From contig CBDAOI010000004.1 in NCBI GenBank assembly GCA_965198005.1, forward strand, positions 1,056,001-1,120,000: DNA of 64,000 bases, written 5' to 3'. Below the pieces are notes generated by a model, which saw only the letters and a list, made by a program, of their open reading frames with translations, was not told the DNA's origin and did no database searches. The translations under genes were made by a program, and so were the position numbers. This DNA is from Spirochaetia bacterium (GTDB lineage Bacteria; Spirochaetota; Spirochaetia; SZUA-6; Bin103). Shown one piece after another: positions 1 through 7,728 of the stretch. Each line of letters starts with the position of its first letter. Position 1 is the first letter of the stretch.

Positions 1-177
1 GCCGACACGCTGCCGATCGTCGGCCGCGCGCGCGGCCTGGAGAATCTGGTGCTGGCCACCGGCCACGGCATGATCGGCATGTCCCTGGGCCCGATCAGCG
101 GCAAGCTGGCGGCGGAGGTGGTCCTCGGCCGCCAGCCGTCGCTCCCGCTGGGCCTGATGCGCGCCGACCGCTACTGA
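1..177 (+). CDS. FAD-dependent oxidoreductase, D-amino-acid dehydrogenase/DAO family (C-terminal part, truncated by window edge)
   Basis: Frame +1 reads ADTLPIVGRARGLENLVLATGHGMIGMSLGPISGKLAAEVV...RY*; D.LP.VG and ATGHG..G are typical DAO/DadA C-terminal motifs. Confidence 0.8.
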   Translation, partial: ADTLPIVGRARGLENLVLATGHGMIGMSLGPISGKLAAEVVLGRQPSLPLGLMRADRY

Positions 178-226
178 GGTTTTCGCGCGGCCGGCCGCTC
201 AGGCGATTGCTGCGTGCTGGCGTCCC

Positions 227-391
227 GGCGGCACTTCAGGATTCCTTGGTGGTAAGCTGGACTTGGTGGTGCAGAGATTTGTCGATGCCTGGATGGCTCT
301 AAACATGTTCGGCGACGCCGTGCGGGACCTGCTCGACCCAAGGCTGAGGGGTGGCGGGGGGCGTCTGGGTCGTCTGGGTGCCGATGCTTGA
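227..391 (+). pseudogene. Remnant of OppC/DppC-type peptide ABC transporter permease with an internal deletion
   Basis: Reads GGTSGFLGGKLDLVVQRFVDAWMA joined directly to LNMFGDAVRDLLDPRLRG...*; these two motifs are normally far apart in DppC permeases. Confidence 0.7.
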
Positions 392-424
392 CCGGCGGCG
401 GCGATCCGAGCACCATCGGCAGCC

Positions 425-871
425 ATGGAAGTGTTGGCAGCCGCCGGCTGCGCCGTCGAGGACGCGGATCCGCGCACCTTCACGGGCGCGGCCACCATGC
501 AGCGATTCGTCGCGGGCGCTCCGGACGCGGTCGGGCGGATCTACCGGGTGGCGTTCAGCCCCGGCGCCGCCACCCACTGGCATATCCACAGCGACGTGCA
601 GATGCTGTTCATCGTCGAGGGTTGCTGCGTCGCGCAGGTCTGGGGCCAAGCGCCGCAGTTCGCCCGGGCGGGCGACGTGGTGCGCTTCGAGGCGGGCGAG
701 AAGCACTGGCACGGGGCGACGGCCGACGGACCGATGACCCACCTGGCGATGAACTTCGGCGGCAGCACCGAATGGCTCGAACCGGCGCCGGGCGCGCCGC
801 CGGACTACTCCTCAGGCCCGGAGTCGACCGGCAGCCCCGCCTGCTCCCAGTCCTCCTTGCCGCCGGCGTAG
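425..871 (+). CDS. Cupin domain protein
   Basis: Cupin motifs THWHIH...Q and AGDVVRFEAGEKHWHGA. Confidence 0.85.
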   Translation: MEVLAAAGCAVEDADPRTFTGAATMQRFVAGAPDAVGRIYRVAFSPGAATHWHIHSDVQMLFIVEGCCVAQVWGQAPQFARAGDVVRFEAGEKHWHGATADGPMTHLAMNFGGSTEWLEPAPGAPPDYSSGPESTGSPACSQSSLPPA

Positions 872-1152
872 TCCAGGACCCGGCGAAAGCCGAACGTCCT
901 GAGCTTCCTGGCTGCCAGCTCGCTGGTCGGGCAGCCGGTGTTGGAGCAGTAGACGATCAGCCGCTGCCGGCGCGAGAACCGTTTACGGCAGGTGCGGCCG
1001 ATCCGCTCCAGCGGGATGTTGACCGCGCCGCGCAGGTGCAGCCGCGCGTACTCCGGCTCCGGCAGCACCTCGATCAGCACCGCCTCGCCCGCGGCCAGCA
1101 GCCGCTGCACCGTGGCGCGGTCGACGACTTCGACTTCGTCGCGCGTGCGCAA
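805..1152 (-). CDS. Single-domain rhodanese-like protein
   Basis: HLRGAVNIP, active-site loop VYCSNTGCPTS, YAGGKEDW. Confidence 0.85.
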   Translation of the reverse strand: MRTRDEVEVVDRATVQRLLAAGEAVLIEVLPEPEYARLHLRGAVNIPLERIGRTCRKRFSRRQRLIVYCSNTGCPTSELAARKLRTFGFRRVLDYAGGKEDWEQAGLPVDSGPEE

Positions 1153-1164
1153 TCGGGCGGCCTC

Positions 1165-2169
1165 CTACACCGGGAATTCGAGCTGTTCCGCGCGGAATAC
1201 CTCGCTCACCGACTGGCGGTTGTGGATCCGCGCGATGGCGTCCGCCAGCAGCGGCGCTATGGTCAGCACCTTGACCGCGCCGTTCATCCGCTTGCAGTCC
1301 GGCACCGGCACCGTGTTGGTGGTGACCAGGGCCTGTACCGACGGCCGGTGCAGGCGCTGGACTGCCTCCCCAACCAGCACGCCGTGGCTGACGCTGATGA
1401 TGACCGGCTCCGAACCCGCCTCGACCAGCGCGTCGGCCTGCTGGTAGATCGAGCCGCTGGCGATCACGTCGTCGATCAGCACCGGCGTCTTGCCGGCCAC
1501 GTCGCCGACGATGTCCACCACCTCCACCCGCAGCCCGGCAACCCCGGAGCGGCGTTTGTGGACCACCACCATCGGCAGCTCCAGGATCATCGCGTACTTG
1601 TCCGCCATCTTGGCCCGCCCCACGTCCGAGGCGACGACCACGCCGTTGGACAGGTCGAAGTGGTCGCGCAGATGGCGCGAGAGCGTGGTGACGGCAGTGA
1701 GGTGATCGACCGGGATGTCGAAGAAGCCCTGAATCTGGGTGGAGTGGAGATCGATCGACAGCACCCGGTCGGCGCCGGCGGTGGTCAGCAGGTTGGCCAC
1801 CAGCTTGGCGGTGATCGGTTCACGCCCGGTCGACTTGTGGTCCTGGCGGGCGTAGCCGAAGTAGGGGATCACCGCGGTAATCGTGGCTACCGACGCCCGC
1901 CGCAGCGCGTCGATCAGCACCAGCAATTCGACCAGATTGTCGTTCACCGGCAGACAGGTAGGCTGAATGACGTACGCGTCCACGCCGCGCACGCTCTGCT
2001 CTATCTGGACGTGGACCTCGCCCTCGTGGAAGGTCTGGAACCGTACCTCGCACAGCTCCCGCCCCAGCAGGTCCGCCACCTCCAGCGCCAGCGCGGGACT
2101 CGCCCGGCCGCAAAACAGCCGAAACCGGTCGCTGAGATCAAGTGGCTCGAAGACCCGTTCAGACAGCAT
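1165..2169 (-). CDS. prs: Ribose-phosphate pyrophosphokinase
   Basis: PYFGYARQD, DLHSTQIQGFFDIPVD, VLIDDVIASG PRPP-binding loop. Confidence 0.95.
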   Translation of the reverse strand: MLSERVFEPLDLSDRFRLFCGRASPALALEVADLLGRELCEVRFQTFHEGEVHVQIEQSVRGVDAYVIQPTCLPVNDNLVELLVLIDALRRASVATITAVIPYFGYARQDHKSTGREPITAKLVANLLTTAGADRVLSIDLHSTQIQGFFDIPVDHLTAVTTLSRHLRDHFDLSNGVVVASDVGRAKMADKYAMILELPMVVVHKRRSGVAGLRVEVVDIVGDVAGKTPVLIDDVIASGSIYQQADALVEAGSEPVIISVSHGVLVGEAVQRLHRPSVQALVTTNTVPVPDCKRMNGAVKVLTIAPLLADAIARIHNRQSVSEVFRAEQLEFPV

Positions 2170-2265
2170 GCCGGTCCGACGATACCACCGGAGCGACCGG
2201 TCGTAAAGGTATCAAGCGGGTAGGGCGGGTAGGAACGGGACAGCGGGTCGGATGAACCGCTGGCG

Positions 2266-2517
2266 CTAGTTGCAGCAGGGACAGCCGCCGGGGTTGCAGG
2301 GAACGGTGGGCGCCGCCGCCGCCTCCGCGCCGGTCTGGCCGCCGCCGATCAGCGGCGCCGAGAACACGCGGCGCAGCGGCGCGTCGCGCGGGGTTTCGTC
2401 CGCCTCCGGATCGGTCAGATCGCACAGGTCTCCCCACGTCTGCAACGTGGCGGTCATGGCGTGGGTTACTTCGACGGTGCGCCCATTGGCGGCGCAATGA
2501 TAATCGTAAGCTGGCAT
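2266..2517 (-). CDS. FmdB-like zinc-ribbon protein with Cys-rich tail
   Basis: MPAYDYHC N-terminus (ATG at 2517), LRRVFSAP, tail CNPGGCPCCN. Confidence 0.75.
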   Translation of the reverse strand: MPAYDYHCAANGRTVEVTHAMTATLQTWGDLCDLTDPEADETPRDAPLRRVFSAPLIGGGQTGAEAAAAPTVPCNPGGCPCCN

Positions 2518-2610
2518 CGCAAGCCCCAGTAAAGCCGGTGATGGCAGGTGCGTCAAGCGCACGGTCGCACGGTCGCACAAGTCGCGCGGCGCGCCGCCCG
2601 GCGTCGATCG

Positions 2611-3576
2611 TCAGCCCGTGGCCTCGCCGGCGGGGCCCGCGGGCCGCGCCACCGACGTCGCCGGCAGATCGGGAAAGCCGTGCTGGTCGCGGTGCAGCGG
2701 AGCGTCGAAGAACTGGGTCGACTTGTACCATTCCCAGCGGCCGTCGGCGGCCACCGGCCGGACGCGGCGCACAAGCGCATCCTGCTCGGGATGGCTCATC
2801 GGCGTGAAGGTACGCGCCAGCGCGCTGTTATGCTCCACCTCCGCCTCCGAGGTCATGCCGGATACCAGCGTGGCGATGGGCTGGGACAGCGAGAACCGCA
2901 GGCACTCGTCCACCGCGAGCCCCACCTTGGTGAGGAACTGGCCGCGCCCACCGAGCGCTTTCATGCCGATCACGCCGATGCCGCGGCGCCGGGCCTCCGG
3001 CAGGACGGCGCCGATGAAGCTCTTGTAGTGCGGATCGAGGGCCGTCACCGGCATCTGCACCGCCGACCAGGGGAACTCGTGGCGCAGCATCGCCAACAAG
3101 TAGGCGGGATCCTTGTGCCCGGTGCAGCCCACGAAGCGCACCTTGCCCGCCCGCAGTGCCTGCAGCGCGGCCTCGGCCGCACCTTCCGCGGCGAACACCA
3201 GTTCGTCGTCGTTGGCGTAGTTGATCTCGTGAAACTGCCACAGGTCGATCACGTCGGTGCCCAGGCGGCGCAGGCTGTCCTCCAGGTTGGCGAGCGCTCC
3301 GGCCCGATCGCGCGCGCACACCTTGGTCATCAGGAACACGTCGGAGCGCCGGCCGGCGAGCGCCGCGCCCATCAGCCGTTCGGAGCGCCCTTCGTTGTAT
3401 TCCCAGGCGTTGTCCATGAAGGTCACGCCGCAGTCGATCGCGCGCCGGATGATGCGCACCGCGGCCGCGTCCGAATGGCCGACTTCAGGTTTCGCGACGT
3501 GCGCCCCGCCCATGCCGAGAATCGGGACCCGTTCCCCGGTGGCGCCCAGCGGCCGCGTGGGTAGATCAGTCTGCAT
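2611..3576 (-). CDS. Aldo/keto reductase
   Basis: RPLGATG, DNAWEY, FLMTK, SLRRLGTDVIDLWQFH. Confidence 0.92.
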   Translation of the reverse strand: MQTDLPTRPLGATGERVPILGMGGAHVAKPEVGHSDAAAVRIIRRAIDCGVTFMDNAWEYNEGRSERLMGAALAGRRSDVFLMTKVCARDRAGALANLEDSLRRLGTDVIDLWQFHEINYANDDELVFAAEGAAEAALQALRAGKVRFVGCTGHKDPAYLLAMLRHEFPWSAVQMPVTALDPHYKSFIGAVLPEARRRGIGVIGMKALGGRGQFLTKVGLAVDECLRFSLSQPIATLVSGMTSEAEVEHNSALARTFTPMSHPEQDALVRRVRPVAADGRWEWYKSTQFFDAPLHRDQHGFPDLPATSVARPAGPAGEATG

Positions 3577-3718
3577 GGCGCCAACCGTATACCGCGGCGC
3601 GCCCCCGCGCCAACCGGCGGCCCTCACTGGGCCACTGCGCCACGCAGCGTTGCACGACGGCCCGTGCCGTGCCAGTATCAGGCGTGCACGTGCAGGCGGC
3701 GCCCTGCCTTGGGAAGGA

Positions 3719-3790
3719 AGCGCCTGAGCGGAATCGAACCGCTATCACGAGCTTGGAAGGCTCGGGTAATGACCCTTATACGACAGGCGC
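3719..3790 (-). tRNA. tRNA-Gly (TCC)
   Basis: Reverse complement folds with acceptor GCGCCTG/CAGGCGC, anticodon arm CGAGC-CTTCCAA-GCTCG and T-loop TTCGATT; CCA not encoded. Confidence 0.95.
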
Positions 3791-3853
3791 GGTGCCACCA
3801 GCATATGCCGCCGGCGCGCCGCTGTCTACCATAGCAAGACCGGGGGAGATGCC

Positions 3854-4111
3854 ATGGCTCAACGCGGCGAGTTGTTCAGCACGCGGGCGAACACGCCCAA
3901 GCGCACCTACTTCTTCAATGTAAAGGAAAATCGCACGGGCGACAGGTTCCTGAACCTCGTCGAGAGCCGCAAGCGGGACTCGACGAGGGAGGGTGCCGGG
4001 TTCGAACGGCAGTCGCTGATCGTGTTCGACGAGGACCTGGATCAGTTCGTGGCGGCGCTCGATCAGGCGGTCGACTTTCTGCGTACGTTCAGGAAACGCG
4101 ACTCACGCTGA
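3854..4111 (+). CDS. PUR-domain (DUF3276) DNA/RNA-binding protein, BpuR-like
   Basis: ELFS...KRTYFFNVKENRTGD.FL.LVES...FERQS..VF.ED motif; GGGGAG RBS. Confidence 0.88.
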   Translation: MAQRGELFSTRANTPKRTYFFNVKENRTGDRFLNLVESRKRDSTREGAGFERQSLIVFDEDLDQFVAALDQAVDFLRTFRKRDSR

Positions 4112-4640
4112 AGCTCCGGCGATGAATCGCCGACGGCCCGTGCAGGCGCACCAGGAAGCGGTGGGAGGGCGTCGCGTAGCCCTTGTGCTCGTGGAAGTAG
4201 TAGGCGGGTTCGATGCGCGCGTAGCGGCGCATGAAGCGGTCGCGCTCGGTCTTGGCGATGATCGACGCGGCCATGATCTCGGGCACCGTGGCGTCGCCCT
4301 TGACGACGGCCCGGCACGGCCCGCGCAGCGGCAGCGCGAACCGGCCGTCGATCAGCACCTCGTCCGGGTCCACGCTCAGCGCCCGCAGTGCCCGCCACAT
4401 GGCGCGCAGCGAGGCATGGTGAATGTTGAACCGGTCGACCTCCTCGGCCGAGCACCAGCCGGTGGCCCAGGCCGTCGCCTGCCGCCGGATCACGCGCGCC
4501 GCCGCCTCCCGTTCGGCGGCGGTCAGCTTCTTGGAGTCGTCGAGCAGCCCGACCGGAAACCCGGCCCCCAGCACCACCGCCGCGGCGGTCACCGGCCCGG
4601 CGATCGGACCGCGCCCCGCTTCGTCAACGCCGCACCGCAT
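4089..4640 (-). CDS. rnhB: Ribonuclease HII
   Basis: GVDEAGRGP, DSKKL, KGD, AASIIAK, HRRSF. Confidence 0.96.
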   Translation of the reverse strand: MRCGVDEAGRGPIAGPVTAAAVVLGAGFPVGLLDDSKKLTAAEREAAARVIRRQATAWATGWCSAEEVDRFNIHHASLRAMWRALRALSVDPDEVLIDGRFALPLRGPCRAVVKGDATVPEIMAASIIAKTERDRFMRRYARIEPAYYFHEHKGYATPSHRFLVRLHGPSAIHRRSFSVSRVS

Positions 4641-4843
4641 CGGTCGCCCGCGCCAGCGTAGCGCAGCGCGCGCCCGACTGCAAAGGCCGCCGGCGGAACT
4701 TGCCGGGGGATCAACCCTGCGCCGCCCGCCTGCCGACGCCGCGCCTGCCGCCCGCGCCGCCCGCCCGCCGCCGCTGCCGCCGCTCCCGCTGCCGCCGCTT
4801 GACGTTCCCGGCTGCGGGTGCTACTCTCGATTCGAACTGGGAG

Positions 4844-7615
4844 ATGGCCGTCCTCAAACGAGTCGAGATTCTCGGCTTCAAGTCGTTCCCTGAGCGGACC
4901 ATTATTGACCTGTCTGTGGGCATTTCGGCCGTCGTGGGCCCGAATGGCTGCGGCAAGAGCAATGTCGTCGATGCGATTCGCTGGGCGCTTGGCGAGCAGA
5001 ACCCCCGTGCGCTCCGCGCGGAGCGGATGGAGGATGTGATCTTTGGCGGTACCGAGAGCCGCAGCCGGGTGGGCGTGGCGGAAGTCACGCTGGTGGTCGG
5101 GAATGAAGACCGCTCGCTGCCGACCACCATCACGGAGGTCGAGTTGCGCCGCCGTCTGTACCGTTCGGGTGAAAGCGAGTATCTGATCAACCGGCAGCCG
5201 GTGCGGCTGCGCGACCTGCGCGACCTGTTCTTCGACACCGGCGTGGGCAAGAACGCCTACTCGGTGATGGAGCAGGGCCGGATCGACCTGCTGCTCGCGG
5301 CCAAGCCGGAAGACCGGCGCCAGGTGTTCGAGGAGGCCGCGGGCATTGCCCGCTACCGGGCGCGCGGCGCGGAAGCGGAGCGCAAGCTGGCGCATACGCA
5401 CGAAAACATGAGCCGGATCGAGGCGATCGTTGCCGAGGTCAAGCGCGCGCGCGAAGTCCTGGCCGACCAGAGGGAGCGTGCCCATCAGTATCGCACCCTG
5501 CAGGAACGGATGTTCGGCGCCGAGCGCGACCTGGAGCTGATCCGCCTGCGCGATCTCCGGGAGCGGCACGCCAAGCAGCAGACCGAACTGCGCGCTGCCC
5601 AGGATGGGCGCGAGCGGCTGCGGGCCGAGAGCCGCCGGGCGCGGGAGGAAGTACAGCAGCGGGACGACGACATCCGCCGCACCGAGGGCGAGGTGGTCGA
5701 GGTGCAGCGCCGGTTGTACGGGGCGGACCTCAAGCGCGGCAACGCCGACGAACGGATCAAGGCCACCCGCGACCGCATCGCCGACCTCGAACACAGCCGG
5801 ACCGGCTATCGCGACCGCGACCGGGAGGTGGCTGCCCGGATCGCGCAGCTTGAGCAGCTCCTGTCCGTACGCCGCGCAGAGGTTCGGGAAACCGCGCAAC
5901 GGCTGGCGGAGGTGGAGGTCGACTACACCGCCACCACGGCGGCGGTGGCCGAGCTGGAGCAGCAGGTGCGCGCCAACGACGCAATCATCGCCACCGCGGG
6001 CGCCGCGGTGCGGGCCGCCGATCAGCAGCTGGATGAGCTGCGCTCCCGCTTGCGCAGCATCACCGATGACATTGTCACCAGTCTCGATTCCGGACTGCAG
6101 GCGGTGGGCTACTCGCCGCAGGCGCGCGCCGCCGCCGAGCAGGATATCGCCGAGCTGCTGCGCGACCTGAACGCCACGCTGGCGGCGCCCCCGGACCCGA
6201 CGTCGGCGCTTGACCGCCTCGCGGTCGCGCGCGGGCAGGTGGAACGGCTCGAAGGGCTGATCGGGTCGTACGGCAGGCTCGCGTCCGCGTTCATCGACGA
6301 CTTCCTCTCCCCCTCCGGGATCGTTACCCAGAAGCGACGACTCGACGACGAGCTCGGCGCAACCGTCGTTCGCATCGCGCGCGAACGCAGCCGTGCGGAG
6401 GAAGGACGCCAGGCGAACCGCAAGTTGGCCGTCGCGATCGAGCGGCAACGCCGCCGGATGCACGCGCTCCAGGTGGAACGGGCGCGGGGCCAGACCCGCC
6501 GGGACGGACTCGCCGCCGAGTGCCGGCGCATGATCGACGCCATCGGCGAGCAGCAGGGCCGGCGCAATGAGCTGGCGCGGGACGAGGAGCAGGCGGCCGC
6601 GGCGATCCGGGAGTTGACGGCGGACGTGCACGAGCTGGAAGCGCAGCGCGCCCTGCTGTCGCGCGAGGAGCAGACGCTGCGCCGCCGCCTGGTGGATCTG
6701 AACCGCGCGCTGCGCGGATACCGTGACGATCAGGTCGCGCGCCGCCGCGCCATCCGGGAGCTGGAGCTCAAGCTGGAGGAAAGCGGCGCCGCAATCGAGC
6801 GGCTGCGGGTCGGGGAGATCGAGATCACCACCGAAATCCGTACCACGCTGCGCAACTTCCAGGAGACTCACGCCCAGGATCTGTCCCAGTACGAGCTCGA
6901 CATCACTCAGACCGAGTCCCGCCAGGAATTGCGCGCGACGCGCGCCCGCCTGCGCGAGGAGGTGCGCCGGCTCGGTCACGTGAACCTGATGGCGCCCGAG
7001 CAGTTTCGGGAGGTGGACGAGCGTTACCGGTTCCTGCGCGGCCAGCTGAACGATCTGGAGACGGCCTCTCGGGACCTGGAACAGGTCACCAGCCAGATTC
7101 GCAGCCAGTCGAGCGCGCTGTTTCTCAAGTCCTTCCGCGCGATTCGCGACGAGTTCCAGGCGATGTTCAGGCGCCTGTTCGGGGGTGGGCGTACCGAGCT
7201 GCGCCTCACCGATCCGGACGACGTGCTGAACGCCGGCATCGAGTTCTACGCCCAGCCGCCCGGCAAGAAGCTCGAGACCATCGCGCTGCTCTCCGGCGGC
7301 GAACGGGCGCTTACCTCGGTGGCGCTGCTGTTTGCCCTCTACCGGGTACGCCCCTCGCCGTTCTGTATCCTGGACGAGATCGACGCCGCCCTTGACGACG
7401 AGAACGTGGGCCGGCTGGTGGAGCTGTTGACCGAGTTCGCCGCGCACACCCAGTTCCTGCTTATCACCCACAACAAGCGCACCGCGGCGGGTGCCGCCCA
7501 TCTGTTCGGGATTACCATGGAGGAGCAGGGAATCTCCCGGCTGGTGACCCTGCGGCTGCCCGCGGTGGAGCGCGCGCAGCTCGCCGCCGTGCCCGAGATG
7601 GCGGGCGCCGGGTAA
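4844..7615 (+). CDS. smc: Chromosome segregation protein SMC (short, spirochaete/P115-type)
   Basis: GFKSF, Walker A GPNGCGKSN, signature LSGGE, Walker B/D-loop ILDEIDAALD, ITH switch; long coiled coils; ATG at 4844 gives 923 aa. Confidence 0.92.
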   Translation: MAVLKRVEILGFKSFPERTIIDLSVGISAVVGPNGCGKSNVVDAIRWALGEQNPRALRAERMEDVIFGGTESRSRVGVAEVTLVVGNEDRSLPTTITEVELRRRLYRSGESEYLINRQPVRLRDLRDLFFDTGVGKNAYSVMEQGRIDLLLAAKPEDRRQVFEEAAGIARYRARGAEAERKLAHTHENMSRIEAIVAEVKRAREVLADQRERAHQYRTLQERMFGAERDLELIRLRDLRERHAKQQTELRAAQDGRERLRAESRRAREEVQQRDDDIRRTEGEVVEVQRRLYGADLKRGNADERIKATRDRIADLEHSRTGYRDRDREVAARIAQLEQLLSVRRAEVRETAQRLAEVEVDYTATTAAVAELEQQVRANDAIIATAGAAVRAADQQLDELRSRLRSITDDIVTSLDSGLQAVGYSPQARAAAEQDIAELLRDLNATLAAPPDPTSALDRLAVARGQVERLEGLIGSYGRLASAFIDDFLSPSGIVTQKRRLDDELGATVVRIARERSRAEEGRQANRKLAVAIERQRRRMHALQVERARGQTRRDGLAAECRRMIDAIGEQQGRRNELARDEEQAAAAIRELTADVHELEAQRALLSREEQTLRRRLVDLNRALRGYRDDQVARRRAIRELELKLEESGAAIERLRVGEIEITTEIRTTLRNFQETHAQDLSQYELDITQTESRQELRATRARLREEVRRLGHVNLMAPEQFREVDERYRFLRGQLNDLETASRDLEQVTSQIRSQSSALFLKSFRAIRDEFQAMFRRLFGGGRTELRLTDPDDVLNAGIEFYAQPPGKKLETIALLSGGERALTSVALLFALYRVRPSPFCILDEIDAALDDENVGRLVELLTEFAAHTQFLLITHNKRTAAGAAHLFGITMEEQGISRLVTLRLPAVERAQLAAVPEMAGAG

Positions 7616-7728
7616 AACCTGCGAAGATTGGGAAGATTGCGCGGGGCTTTGGACTTAACGCCAGATTCTGGTAGATTAGAGACTGTTGCGTGATAGCGAA
7701 GCCGGCGCGCCGGCGTTGGAGAGTGCAG

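Noticed and set aside
805-871. Convergent 3' overlaps (cupin/rhodanese, rnc/cca, rodA/glmS, PUR/rnhB) as antisense regulation
   Set aside because: The overlapping tails are short or low-complexity extensions, common where stop codons are rare; no further support
3719-3790. tRNA-Gly/Thr/Tyr as integration sites of a prophage or ICE
   Set aside because: No duplicated tRNA 3' end and no integrase or phage genes were seen in the window
4589-7501. Very long antisense ORFs (e.g. 4589-7501, 32271-34265, 54591-56948, 388-2223)
   Set aside because: They mirror well-supported genes on the opposite strand; stop-codon scarcity in high-GC coding DNA explains them and they show no family motifs
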